From: Eutreptiella sp. 'Long Island Sound 2002'
Taxonomy: Eukaryota > Protista > Euglenida
Length of the DNA stretch: 64,000 nt
Assembly: GCA_964036045.1 (NCBI GenBank)
Contig: OZ038378.1
Coordinates: 193,192,001-193,256,000, forward strand
Direction of reading: 5' to 3'
Below are positions 18,237-31,900 of this stretch, piece by piece; the stretch's first letter is position 1; every line of letters begins with the position of its first letter. Position numbers and translations under genes: made by a program. Below the pieces are notes generated by a model. It saw only the letters and a program-made list of their open reading frames with translations, had not been told where the DNA came from and did not search any database.

Positions 18237-21200
18237 TTATGTGCATAGTCCTTGGCAGCTGAACTGCAGAGCTGCGCTTCAAGGGGGCGGAATGGAGCGA
18301 TTCACGAGCGGTTGCTGGCTGTGGCAGTGGTTAGGCCAAAATGGACCGTCATCTCCAAACTGGGGAGACCCTTTCAAGCCTCGGCCGGACCCACCCCTTC
18401 CACAGCCAAACGGGGGTAAGCCATCGTGCGCCCGCGACCTGGGTCACTATTAGGGTAGCACATAGCATGTCTCGTGCCTCACAGTGCACAGGCCACAGCC
18501 AATCATTTGTCCAGGTACCGTATTCCTTCCTGCGGGATGGCGACGAGGGCGCCTAGGAGAAACCTTTTGAAACTGACATCCTTTTTAGAAAAATACCATG
18601 CCTTAATCCATATTGGGGGTGTCTTTGGGAGGAAACGGAAGTGTAGTGATTGGGCTACGACGATGTACATGACAAATATTGTGTACGTGGAACAAATCTT
18701 TGCACAAAAGGGGCAGTGGGAAATTGTTCACTTAACTATTTTGCTCCATCTTCTCGAAATTCCCATGTTGCTGTTCGGGCCTTTCTGTGAAGCATAGACC
18801 CTGTGCAGGCCTGGGGCCTGTCAACGGGGCCGTACTGACGGGTGCTTTGTCGACATCATGCCCCATTTCCAGGGTATTCTCAGATGTGCAAGCTACTGCA
18901 ACCTGAAAGTACCGGCAAACGCAGGGGGTTGCAAACAGGTTGGAAAACACCCGCTTTTGCCCTGACCCCAGGTGCGTGCGACATGCCGCTTGTGCATACA
19001 CCTGAGTTCCTCAAAACGTTGTTTGAACCCGACCTCTGACCCAATCTGAAGCTGATTGCTCGGCGTTTGTGCTGCGGAGACCCGTCTGGTGGTTGATTTG
19101 TCTTGCTGTCACGTTTCACTCGACAATTTTTGCCGAGTTTGTCGATAAATTCACACCAGCGTACAGACCTAGCTGACGCAACACCTTATAAACGGCTGCG
19201 ATTCACGTCCAAAACCCACCCCGCATCCTGCATTTGTGGCAGGCGTGCTTCTCTATCTGTACTGCAAATGATGGGTGCCCTCGCGTTATATATCCGTTGT
19301 TATCGGTGGCAACAACCCTCGGATCAATGAGAGCTGCTGAGGGCGCATGAGGGGTTTTGAGGGGCAAGGGATATGCTCCGAATATGGCCCTTGCAAATCG
19401 GCTCCCGTTTTTGTATATCCTTTCGATTATCTACTGACACACGCACATAAACTCTTTTACTTTTCGATGCTGGATGGAGATCCGCCACCAAACTGCACAT
19501 TGAGGATGAGCCACATTGACCACCAGATTGCAGCAGCAGTACCAATTCTGCACAGAAGTATAGGTACGGGTTCAGAGAAGATAGCGAGGGCCGCAGCCAT
19601 GGGGTTGCATTCAGAAAATGGCGACAATTGATAAACCCCAGAGACTCCTAGATGAGTCATTCGTCTGGCTTCGTATGATTTGCAGGTGGCAGATGGTGGA
19701 TGATGTTTTCTTTGCTCACTATTTGCTGCGCTCTCCTGCAGACTGCAAGCTCGAGTTGCGGCACGCCCTCCCCCCCCCCCGTGCCCTATGGGTGGCTCGA
19801 CACATTTATATGCTCTCGCTTTTGTGTGGAATGAGATGGCTGGGAGACAGATGCACCCTGACCACGGCCTCTGGCACATGGGCCATGCATAACCAAAACA
19901 TGGGGACTGTCCATGAGGCTCTTGAAGGCCACCTTCTGTGGCAATACCAATGGACCATGGTGAACATTCGTGTTTCTGATTCGGTGGTGAAGGTTATTGG
20001 TTACTGCATGTGTGCTTTTGTACTGCGCGGAAACAATGGCTTGTCCAAAATCATGTGGTGAAGTTTCCGCAATTCCTTTGATACTTTTATGGTGTGCACA
20101 ATTTTCAGTCCAGCTTTCATGCGGTGATGTTTCCGCAACTCTTTTTGATACTTTTATGGTCTGCACAGTTTTCAGTCCAGCTTAACACCTGGGATCTTTC
20201 CTTGCATTCACTTGGGAGACCTTTACAAAACCTTTGGAGTTTTAGCATTCAGCCTCAAGTCATTTTCTGTGGCGAACATTTTCAAAAACTTGTCCCCTTA
20301 TTGAAAGGGGCATTCTTGCAGTTCGAGATCTGTGTGGTACAGACATGCTGCCAAAACATACTATTGTTTGGACAATGTTGAGTAGGCCAATTCGCTTTTT
20401 GTTTTTCGAGTTTTACACAAGGTTTGAGAATGATGACGGCTGAATGAGGGTTGATCATGGTTAGTGAGGAGTGCGTTCATGGGCCTGCGAAAGCCCCGGA
20501 ATTGCTGTTTTTGGTTTGGTACTTGGTTGGCTTATAGCCGCCATTGTGTGTCGATTCGGACCCAAGTCCCATTCCGCTGTTACCTTCTATTTGGACCCCG
20601 AACAAATAATGGGTCCCGGGTGCTTTCTCCAACTTTCCAAGCTCGGCACCCCGATGAGGCCCCACCGCCCTTTATGCATGTCACGAGGCACGGTTTGCCC
20701 ACCTACCTTGGCTGCAGCTGGAGCTTGGGCTTGTGCAGGCGATCCTTGGCGGCCAGTTAGCAGCAGAATGCCATGCCGCTGCTCAGCACGATCGCCGGCT
20801 GTGCGTGCGGCATGTGCACGCTCCTTGCACCAATGCACACACATTAACGGACGCCGTTGGGAGTGCATAGTGTGCCGACCTTGCGCAGGAGCTCCCCCAT
20901 CCAATGGGGGCGTCTTGCGCGCGGTGCGCGCATTGTGCACAAAGTTTCTGCATGACCATACCCAAGCCCCATAGCGGTGCCTAGTACCGGTAACAATGTG
21001 CCTTGGTCTGCATTTATAGGAGTTGTTTGCATGCCTTGCCCTCATTTTAATGCATTTATGTGTGTTGTTGTGCATCCTTTTCACTAGTTGAGCTTCGCCT
21101 CAACTTTTGTTTGCTGCCATGGACAGGCGTGACATGCAGCCACCTTCCGACTCCCATCAGCCTCACACCTAAGCAAAGGAACTGCTTGCAGAACAGGCCA

Positions 21201-21829
21201 GAGAATTCAACAACTGCGGGAACAGCTGGCCAGGGTGTCAGTGAAGGAAGGTCCGACCCTTCCTCCCCTATCCGTGCCGGAGGAACAAAGCCCTCGGGAG
21301 ACCTCAGCTAGCCCAGTGGACAAGACTTGTCCTATCCAGTCCGAAAGCCTACGTCAGGCTGAGGGCTGGAGAAGTCGGCGAAGTTCCACGACCGGCTGAG
21401 TTCAAAGGCCAAGTCGCCAACGACATGATGGACCCTGGGGAGCAGTTGACGTGGCACACCGAAGACTGCGTCAACCAGTCCCAGTCGGCATACGCCAGGA
21501 GGTACGCGGGTTCGGCCAGCAATGCCAGGAGACGGACCAACAACATGCTACGCTAGAGGAAGCCAAAGAGGCCCTTGGGGACAGCTTCGTGTGGAGAAGC
21601 GTCAAGTTCAGGGTGGTGGGGGGCGTACTGCAATGGCAGACGCGCCAAGGGGAGTGGATCCCCGTTGACACCCCGCCGAGTGGAGGCTGCTAGCGCTGCA
21701 CCCAGCGTGGCTCCCCAGGGGGGGGGCACTGGCATTTCTAGTGCCCCCACTGGTCCTGACCTCAGGACCCCCCCCCCCGGGCCTAAGGTACCCGCGCGCG
21801 GGGGGGGGGGGGGATGCGACGTTGCCATC

Positions 21830-23494
21830 CTGCTTGCGAACCTTGCCAGCTGCTGGGCTCGAGCATCCAGCGCCAATGAACCTAGTATGCCGGATGAAAG
21901 TGCCATCCTGTCGTGGCGTCCCCGTACCAGGGCCCAATACGGTTCCCGGCTTCCGGGCGGACGGGTCATCCTCGTGGAGAACGTGACAAAGTCCAGGGGA
22001 ATGCCATGCACGCAGTGCGCACGCAGTGCCCACGCAGTGCAAAGTTTTGTATGTCGGTAACTACCCGAACCCTAGTTTTGGCCCTTTTGCGGAGGTTTGT
22101 TGTTCCATAGTAGGGTTTTTTAAGCTTCTTCTGCATCCAGGATATGACAAATTTGAATTGTCATTCATTATCACCTATTTTCACCCATTTGTACCCATTT
22201 TCACCCCCCCCCCCTCTTTTTTTGCATGTTCCTCGTTGTAGATGGATGGTGGATTATGTGGACTCCCACACGCTAACCTTGACCCCAAAGATGTGGCTTG
22301 GTGGATTGATCGGTGCTCCGCTGGGCGCTCCAAGGAGCCTTGGGAAGTATATTCACAACTCCATAAACAAGTCAACCTCATTGGTGTTGATTGTGTTATA
22401 GCGGAGGAATTCTACATGAAGTATGGCGCGGAAGGTTTATTGTCCTAGGAGGACCTTCCAATACCTCTGTTTTCTTCGGCAAATTCCAAGTTGGGACAAC
22501 TGTGCCTATATGTCTCGCTCAGATTGTTCGGATGATGTGTATATGCGATGTTCTCTTAAATCCCAAGTACACGGGCCATGTTTATAAGGTAACGGTGGCC
22601 GTTGACAACCTTGGGAATATAGTATGGAAATGTGATCTTATGCCGGGAACGTCAGCGGATGTTACGATTTGGGATCAACGTGGTCCTTTGCGAATGCAGG
22701 GCCAGTTCTTTGATTATGAAGTAGGTAATCACGATGGCGCTTACAAGGGTTACAGTGATTGCAACTGCATAGTGGTACTCTACAACACTAAATGAGCTGT
22801 TCAAAGGTACATCAAAGTACCGGGTTGGTAGTGGTTCAATGTGTGTCCTGTTGGCTTTGTTGCTTTGCAGTGTTATACAGAGGTGGCATGGGGTGGGTTT
22901 CATTGCAATGTGCACGCAGTGCCCACGCAGTGCGCACGCAGTGCAAATCCTTTGCCCAGGTACGGACCCCTCTTCGGGGCTCTTGCAACCCTTGCCTGGG
23001 TATGCTTTCTGCGCGTCACGGAGGTGGCCACTATCCGCGTGGCAGATATCGTGCTTCCGGGGGCTATCCAGTTTTGGAACAGCAAAACATGGGATGAGGG
23101 GTACACCACCACACCCTTGTCCAGGTACGCGGACCAAGTACGGGAGTGGGCCCATGCCTTTGTTGTGGGATCTGGCAAGAAGTCTGACATGCTGGGTTAG
23201 CAAGCAGGTGAGACGGGCCTGGAGTCAGGCATGGCGAAGTGTCTGGTGGGCACGGCGTACGCCAAGGCCAGGTGGCACGCCCTCTGCCGCGGTGGCGCGG
23301 GGGCGTGCTGGGCCCGCAAACCCAACCTGGCCTACTTCAAATGGTGGGGGCGGTGGCAGAGCACTGCGGTTGCTCCGCAGTATGCAGCCCGCTGGACTGA
23401 TCCGGCGGGCATCGCCCCCACCATCCTCCCCGCCTGGGAGCGGGGTACAAGCCCCACACCGGAGCCCTCGCGGGTGGGTCTCGCCTCAATCTGA
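21830..23494 (+). pseudogene. Tyrosine recombinase of the retroelement, split by an insertion at 21996-22958 and by an in-frame TAG at 23198-23200
   Basis: Removing the insertion restores ...VENVTKS-RYGPLFGALATLAWVCFLRVTEV (catalytic R), FWNSKT (K), WHALCRGGA (HxxR with R changed to C) and FKWWGRWQSTAVAPQY (W...Y). Confidence 0.85.
21996..22955 (+). mobile_element. PIF/Harbinger- or IS5-like DNA transposon remnant; DDE_Tnp_4-like fragment at about 22242-22795
   Basis: GTTVPI...KYTGHVYKVTVAVDNLGNIVWKCDLMPGTSADVTIW...HDGAYKG resembles the Harbinger DDE core. CCA is duplicated at 21993-21995 and 22956-22958, and excision restores the YR frame. Triple CACGCAGTG subterminal motifs at both ends. 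Confidence 0.7.
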
Positions 23495-24929
23495 GGCAGG
23501 GCCATGTATCCCGAGCTGGCCAGGGTAGTGGACACGCCAACCAGGAGGAAAAGCAAAGCCCCACACCCTACACACGGAAGGGGGCCCCGACCGGGAGCCG
23601 CGGCCATGGGCATCATTCCAGGAGCAAGCCAATCAAGCGAGTCCGAAGAAGGCGAGTCAGACGCGGATGCCGACGCTAGGGAGTCGCTGGAGTGCTCTGT
23701 CCCGACGGTTGAACCGTCGCATGCAGTCCCTGATGCCGCAGAACCGCTGTTGCTCCACTATCCGGCTCCTAAGTCAGCGCCCGGCGCCGTGGCCGTTGCG
23801 GCCGTTGTGTAGCTGGGCGCCCCGGTTGCCGGTGTGGGGGGCGCTAGCGGGGAAGTTTGCCAAACGGGGAGCGCTGCGGGCCCCATCCTAGTTGACTCTG
23901 ATGTGGACACCGACGACGACAGTGGAGAATCTGGCGGTGAACCTGATGGCAGCTTCACAGTGGGACCAGCAGGCGCCAGCCCAACCAGGCCCAGCGGCCG
24001 ACCCTCCCGCTTCGCGGGGCGGGAAGGACCTGGATGGATGTCGACATCAGCCCGTGGGCCGGTCCGGGGCGCCGCAGGACGGGATTGTACAGCTGGAATG
24101 GTGGGCCATGTCTTCCATGTATACAAGGGCCCGCTTGGCTCTGCAGTGGAAGTGGGTGGTTCGCTGCCCGTGCGACCCCCCCCCCCGGCCTCATGGGGTC
24201 CGACTTGCCGCCGTCGAGTGGCCGAACCAGAAGGGCTCCCACCATCCAAAAGGCGTTGCGCCGACGGGCACAGGGCGCGGGGGCCGCAGATGGTGCAAGC
24301 CCGGTAGAGAGTGCCTTCTTGGCTGCTGCACGGCGCCTCACGACCAAGACTCAGAGGGCGGGGGGGCCAATGGCGGAGGCCCGAGCCCAGGGTTGACGGC
24401 CCAGATCTGGGGGCCAGAGTGCGCGGGATGCCTCCCCTGTATCTTGAGTTCATGCAGGCCCTTACCCCCCATTTCCAGTGGATTGCGGCCAGTCTGAGGT
24501 GTAGCCTGTGGCTGGTGGCTAAACACATCGGCGTGTGGCTGGACCGCATTTTTGACACGGCGGAGGACTACCGCCTACTGCATGCCCTGCCTAAGTTCCT
24601 GCAGGCGCTGCGGGATTTATCCCGAGATACATGGCGCTCCTGCCTACACGTGTCTACTTCCCCCATCCCCCGGGCGACGAGGGACGTGGACGACGCCATC
24701 CTCGATAAACGTCTCGGGCCCATTGGCGATTTCCCCCTCCCCAGGATTTGTGGGCTTTCGTGTTCCCGGAGTTTTACGGGAATGGTTTGAGGGACTTTAA
24801 CGTGGAGGAGAGTTGGGAGGATGGAGACAGGGTGGTGAAGGGGGGGCTTCACGTTGGGTTTCCCAGCAGGTGGAGCGCCCCGTCTTTGCTCTTCGGGGGG
24901 CGGGGGTCTACCAAGTGCCGCCCTCCCCC

Positions 24930-26950
24930 CTCCCCCCCAACATGTTACCCTTTCGTGATCCCTACGTCCTTTGAGAAGGTTTCCCTTATCCTCAGCTGTG
25001 TCAAGCAGAATAAACGGGACGGGCCAGTGCTGCCGACTTTTAGGCTGGAGGGAGGACTTAGCGCGCACTCTGTTGAGGATCCCCCTGGGACAGCCCCTTT
25101 TCGCGGTGCACATTGACCTTAAGAACGCCTTATGGTCCTTCCGCCTCCCGCCCCGGGCCCGGAGAATTTTTTGTTTCCGGCCGGGCTTGGGTCTTCTGGC
25201 CGTTGAGCTGGAGCGCCTCCCCTTCGGCTGGAAGAACAGTCGGTACTTCTACCAGACGGCCCTCGCGCGCGTACTGCAGGGCGTGCTCTCGCCAGGGTTT
25301 CTGCTGGTGCACTGTCTGGATGATTTTTTACTGGTCTACACCGAGGAGGGAGTTCTCCGGGAGGCCGGTCGTGCGGCTGTGCACGCCCTAGTAGAGGCCG
25401 GGTTCCTAATTAGCCCCAAGAGCGTTTTGGACCCTGTGCAGCTGGTCTCCCAAGAAGGCCCTGAACCTAACAACGCAGACGGTGGCCTGCGATACCCAAG
25501 CACTGCTTCAGCTGTGGGTGGGATGGATGAGGCTGGCCCTTGGAGACGGGGGTGGGCAGCACCTCCGCCGCTACCTTGGCTTGCTAAACTAGCACGTGCG
25601 TCCGCGTGGGCCCGGATGCCCTTTTGGGGCAGGGGCGTGGTGTTGGCTCCGGTGGGGGCGGACGGTGGACGGGGAGCGGCAACCGAGCCAGGGCCTGCCT
25701 ATTAAATTGCTCGACGGTCTTGCTACCCTGGCGGCGTTAGCGGCCGAGCCTTGGGCAGCCCCCTCCCGCAAGGCTTGGCCCCACCTTTTGGCTTTCAATT
25801 TTGCGACAAGCCATGCTTGACAGCCTCTTCGGTTTGGGCGGGGGACCTTCTTGCTTGTGTGGATGGGGCCCGGGACGCGGGGCGTTGGCGGGTTGGTGCG
25901 CTTGTGCCCTTCTTTGGCGGCAGGTCCTTCTACCCGCCTCCCTGACGGTACGCTAGTCGGCAAACGATAGAGCTGCATGTGGTGGCGCGGGCGGTGCGGC
26001 CGGCGGTGCACCTGGGACTGTCTTTTGTCACAGTTTGTAGTGATAGCGAAGTAGCCCGAGCCCAGGTGCTATCCCTAACGGCATGCGGCCACCTACAACA
26101 CCAACAGGCGATTCTGCGGTCGTTGGCCAGGCCATTGTGGGTTTCGGGTTTGGTGGTTAGGCTCGTCCGGGTGCCGTCGGACCTCTAGCCCGGCGACCCC
26201 ATGTCCAGGGTAAACTCCGAGCACGGGGGATCTCAGGCTGGGGCCGAGGTGAGGGCTTGGTATATCTGGCAACGGATGCTGTGCCACCTGGATGCCTGTA
26301 TGATTCGTGGCGTCCTCTGTTTGCGCGATTGTTGAGGCTAGACGGGGGGGGGGTGTTGTTGCAGATGGCCCCGGGGTACCGCGGAAGGAACAGCCCTGTC
26401 CTCTGTGACGCCCTTAGCGTATCCTTTCACGTGCTATGCCACGGCGCAGAGGAGGCCCCAAGGCCAAGCGCCGTCACTGGGGCGGCTGTCGCGACAAGCG
26501 CTCCGAAGCGGCGATGGCTCGCTGCCACGCGAAAGCCCGCCTTCACCAAGGGTGGGTCATGGCAGGTCGCCTCGCCAGATGGCCTGTCCGCCGCCTGTGG
26601 CTGGGTGCCCAGGCACGACCGGTGTTCTAGAGGCCGTGCGCGCGGTCTCATGCGCCCGACCTCCTCGCCGCCGCGGTTGTGGACCTGGTGGCCCGTTTGC
26701 GCGGCACTGCCGCGCAGGACTTCGGCCCCGGCGGCAGCCCGGATGTCAAATCCGACATCCCGGGCCATTTTTGCCGGCACCGGTCGAGGCTACATCGCGG
26801 CGGCCAGACGGCGATCCTCACCCTCTCGACCAACTGGAGGGTGGAGGGCCAGGCCCTCCCATATGTATGGGTACAAGGCTCCCCGCACCTGGCTTGGTGC
26901 ATTGCCCGCCTCTTCATGCCCCTATGACCCCTTGCCGATGTCTCTCAGCA
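24930..26950 (+). pseudogene. Reverse transcriptase plus RNase H of the YR retrotransposon, frameshifted
   Basis: YPFVIPTSFEKVSLIL, HIDLKNALWSFRL, LERLPFGWKNS, HCLDDFLLV (YxDD with Y changed to C), GFLISPKSVLDP; then LATDA and an RNase H-like C-terminus. Confidence 0.88.
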
Positions 26951-28937
26951 GGTGTTTGCCCCGCTTCAGCAGTGCGCCGGTCCTGGGTGCAGGTTTCAGA
27001 GGGGGGGGGGGGTCGTGCTGGATGGTGGGGATACACCTTTTTAACGGGTATATACCGCTCTCTGGATCCTGACCGTTGCGCGGTCTGGTCAGCGAGTCAT
27101 GACATCCGGTGAGTCGCCGTTGTCAAGGCATTGCCTGGGTGTGATCCTGTTGCTGACCCCTTGTGCTCTTTGCCTGAGTTGTTGGCACCCGGGCGGTGGT
27201 TCCCTTTTGACGTCCTGCCCCCGTGCATTCCGTTGTCGGGCCCGTGGTGTGTGTGCAGGATGGTGCTGGCCCCGCGCCCGTTTGGCTTGCAGCAGCGCTG
27301 TGGCCTCCGGCCGTTAGGCTGTGCAGGCCGCGAGTCGTTTCGGGCGGAAGTGGGCCGTTGACGGTGCGCTGCTTGAGCTTTGCGCTGTTGTTTTTACCTC
27401 TGGTCGCAGTATATGCGAGCTGCGGCGCTGCGCTGCGGTTCTCAAGCGCTTTTACTACCTCAGTTTTTATCTTGCGCGTGTTGTGCGCCAGCCGTGGAGC
27501 AGCATGCTGGAGTGACGCGGTTTGGGGGGGGGGGTCCAGGGCAAGCCCGCCGGTTGACGGTGGGGTGAGAGCTTATTGAACCTGGAATGGGTGCGCGTCC
27601 TTGCTATCCCTTGCCTTCCACCGCGGGAGGGCAAGTAAACGGAGGAGAATGAATTCCCAAGTTCTGTTGCAGTATTCTTTTGCTCCGCTTTTGCAAACAC
27701 TAGTTGAGCCTTGCCTCAACTTTTGTTTGCACTTCCCCAATTTGGCAGTTTTTCTAGTCAATTCCCGCCCGCCCACCCCCTTCGCCGGTGTTGTAGCGTG
27801 TCCCGGCCGGCGTTCCGCACTGTGGAGCTACCCTCCCTCTTGAAACTGGTCAGCCCGCGCGTCCTGGGCTGACTTAACCGTGTTGCACCGCGATACTTCT
27901 AGGGTTCTGGTTTTGGGTCCGTGATTGTGTGGGGTCCCGCGTGTTCGCGGAGAGGAAGCTACCGCACCCGTCCATACTACCACCGGTACACCCGGTCTTG
28001 GCGACACTGAGTCACTGCCGTCCCAAGTTCTGTTGCAGTATTCTTGTGCTCCGCTTTTGCAAACTATAGGTTCGTGGTATCTATCAATAATTTGGATTTG
28101 GATTCCGAGTACGTAGATGTGGGCCTCGTCAACGGGAGGCTTACTCGCAAGAATTTCAAACGGCGCATCTGATTTTTTGGAAGGAGGAGAAGCCGGACTA
28201 TCCCCTACTCCCACCTGCCCTCGGTTGTTAGACAGATTTTGAAAGTGGGCAAAGGGAAACACATTCCAAAGAACATGGAAGGGGATGGGTTTCCCAAGCT
28301 TGCGATGAGGAAGAAACACAAAGGTTGCGACAAAATAAGGCACGGAAGAAGTGGAAGGAGGCGGAAAGGGTGGCATCATTCGGGGACCTAGGAGGCTTGG
28401 GGGGTGGTGGTGGGGTGAAACATGAGGCCGTCCAACATTGGGCGGGTGTAGTATGGTCTAAATGGGCAAGAACATTGCCAATAGCAGCACCTGGGCACCA
28501 GTCACTGTGATGCAGCTGTAATCCTAGGGCTACATCGTGCCTCTCGTAGCCCAGAGCAACCCATGTAAATACCTGTAAATATGGAGTGTGGGACCAGAGT
28601 GGGAACAGCCGTGTTGTGCAGTCCTCTGAGTTGGATGGATGGTGCGTCAGTTCAGTTACATGCAGACCCCTGGCGCCGAAAGGCCAAACTGTTTTTGTGA
28701 CTACGGTCAGGCATGTTGCCTGCCACGTCCTCAAAAGGGCTGTTCTCAGTCCGCTACCACCGATTGCTGTGGGACAATCGTAGCATCACTCAGCTCTGAT
28801 ACTATTCTGCAAATTGCTCAATTACTGGTCTTGCTGACTGTTTTCGTGTGCAGTGTCTGTCGTTGGATGTTATGGTCCTCTGACGAATTTGTTCCGGAAG
28901 GCCGTTGTACACCTTGTCACCCGGTTCTATCTAAGAG

Positions 28938-31900
28938 ATGGAGAAAAAAGTCCCAGCAAAGTCGCCACAAAGCTTGCCTTGGATCCCTGGGGTCACCCCA
29001 GCAGATTCGCCCGACGTGCGCTGCCAGAAGGCCACCGCGTTCTGGACCACAGTGGTCTGTTTGGGAGCACATGTGCTACAGATAGTCCTCTCCGCGGCCG
29101 CCAACAGCCGGGTCGAGAACCGTGGGGTCTTTTACTTCGAGGCAGTGGGGAATGGGGCTGTCGCCACATTCCTGATGGCTTTGCTGGTTGCGTACGCGAC
29201 CACGAAGCGGCATGCATTACTTCGATACGGCCTGTTCATCGTGGGCCCATGGGTAGCTCTGTGCTGTTGGTTTACCAACGGGTGTGACGTGCTCTCGGCG
29301 GGCAGCGATATCTCTGTGCTATCCTTCATGTTCACCCTCGTGCTGTTCTGCATGGGCGGCACGTGGACCGAGGCGGTGGTCTATGCGGTTATATCCTCGC
29401 TGTTGACTGTATCGCTCTACCTGCTCCACTTTGTTCAGCTCCAAATCGACACAGAGCCGTGGTGCCCCTTTAGCCTTGTCCCAGAGACCCGAGTGCGCAA
29501 AGGCCTACAGGCCGTCCTTCTCGTCCTTGGAGCGCAGGTGGTGCTTCTCTTGACGATCCGCATGTTCCTAAAGCGCTTAGAGCGGCAGGAACGCGCCATG
29601 CAGAGGCTGAAGAAGCTGCTCAAGGGGATCAAGTTGAACAAAGACTTGAGTACCCACTTAAGCACCACGGAGCAGACAACTTTTCAAGGAGACAACTGCT
29701 CCGTGAAAAGTGGCAACAACAGGGCGCAGCAGATGATGGAGCAGGTGCTGGATGGTCTCGTTTCCGATGACGACCCTGCAATCCCGACGCTGGCGGACAC
29801 GTTCACGGATTCGGGCGGTGGGCTGAACGTTGGAAACTTCGCGCAGCTGTTGAACCCCGGCGGGGTCAACCATGACGCAGACGCAGAGCTGGAGCTGGGC
29901 GGGTTCACGCGGATGATGTCCGCCACGGTCATTGGCGGGGAGCTTGAGCGTGGCACGCTTACAAGAATGAGCAGTCATGTGCCCAGCGACAGTCCCGAGC
30001 CTGGCAGCTTCAACCGAATGACCAGCATTGTCCCGGGTGACGGCCAGGAACTTGCCTTTGCACGAATGAACAGTGTGATCCTCCCAGGTGTGCTCGGAGC
30101 GCTAGTGGGGTTTGGTTTGACAGGGTGCATGCACGCCAGTGACCAATGTGCCCGGGCTTGTTTGCCATTGTGCTCAGCCGTATGTGCCTCCGCTGTTGGG
30201 GGGGACGTATTGCGCGCTGTGTGCGCGCTGTGCACAGAGTTTGTAGAGGACCATACCCAAGGTAGGTAGGTATCTTCAGGAGTTCAGGATGCCTCCTTTG
30301 GCATTGCAGGAAGAAGGACTTACCAAGGGAGCTACCACCCCTCTCACTGCCCCATGGAATGCGCTTCACAAAGCCGCTACACAAATCGGCTATGTTTCTC
30401 TATAGTCCCTTCATGGCTATTTTTATGGCTTCAAAGGCTGGAGTACTCAATCAAGAAAACATTGTATGAGTCTTTGGCAAGTTAAGGCATGTCTTCGAAG
30501 CTAGCACATGTCAACCAAAGCGTCACGCAACACTGCGTACATCGCCAGGCCAACAAACTTTGCAATGCAGCACGAGTTGACGGATACAGGCAAGATTATT
30601 GCTAATTGCCCTAAAATTCTCCAATTTCTCCCTGTAAAATGCACGCTGTGTGTGCTGTGCACGCACTGTGCACAATCGCCCCCTGGAGACCCTGATTTTG
30701 GCAGGTGTCGCTGTGCAAATTTTTTGTACCACTGGAAATATCGAGCCCCTATTTTCAAGCTTGCTTCAACCGAGCATGAAACGACTAAACCAAGCTGAAA
30801 TGAAAATGAAACTACTAAACCAAAGGGGGGTTTAGACGAATATATTGGGGCACATTTGTTCTTCTGATGGATTGTGTTTTGGTACATTTGTGCTGTCAGG
30901 AGGTCATGGTTTTCATGGGTGTACAGGTTGGGGTTGCAGTAACAAATGTGCGTGCAGTGCAAAATCATGTCCAATGCGGCCTTTCAAATCGCTGACCACT
31001 TGTCTCTGAACTTCCTGCATGTACTTCCCATTGTACTCGTCCCCCCCAGACCGTACTGCGCATTGCAGATGAGCTGGACTTGATGCCCTTCTCTCGGGTG
31101 TTGGACCCGCAGTCTCCAGTGTCGGACGACAGTTTTGGTTTCCACACGTCCACCAGCAGCAAAAGACTGATGCCCATGCAGAGTTTCCCAGGGGCATGCA
31201 CCCTGAGCCCCCGGAGCTCGCCCCCCGTGAAGCCGAAGCCACCCTTTGCGCCCCCAACCACCGAACCGTTGCAAAACCCCCTCGACGCAGGCCAGAGAAA
31301 CGCCCTGGACGCGCCCCAGTCCGGGCTGCAGCCCCGGGAAGTCACGGTGCTCGTCGCCAACCTCGTGGGCGTCAACGACACGGCCACGGATTCGCACGGC
31401 AAACACGGCAGCACCGAGCACGGCCTGGGCGCCGCCATGGACAGCATGATCTCCCTCGTCAAGAAGCACCGCGGGGCCGTCGTCACCTCCTCCGGCGGCA
31501 TCGTGTTTGCCGCCTTCAACGCGGTTGTGACCAGCGGCGTCCACGCCCTCCACGCCTGCCACTGCGCCGTGGCCATCCAGAAGAGCCTCGGCGCGTTGAC
31601 GCCCAAGATGCAGGCCCTCATCGGTCTGCACACGTGCTCGGTGCTCGTGGGCCATCTCGGGACGAGCAGTCCGATGCTCCACGTCTTGGGGCTGCAGGTG
31701 TGTCAAAAAAAAAAGGGCACGACATACGCCTACAAACAAAGTTTTGGTAAAAAAAACGTGACGTACGCCAATAACAAAGTGCACGCGACTCCCGCCAAAA
31801 AAAAAACACGCGATTTACGCTTTTTTCGCAATCGACGTACGCTTTCCTTGGTGGCAGGTCGGCTGGTGCTTCACCATGGCGCAGCTGAACAAGCAGCTGC

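Larger units (their letters stand above)
21082..28064 (+). mobile_element. Decayed tyrosine-recombinase retrotransposon with VIPER/TATE-like order (5' ORF region, YR, RT, RNase H) and split terminal repeats
   Basis: YR lies upstream of RT/RNase H on the same strand. Repeat A at 21082-21114 and 27698-27730; repeat B at 27655-27698 and 28021-28064. Stops and frameshifts throughout. Confidence 0.75.
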
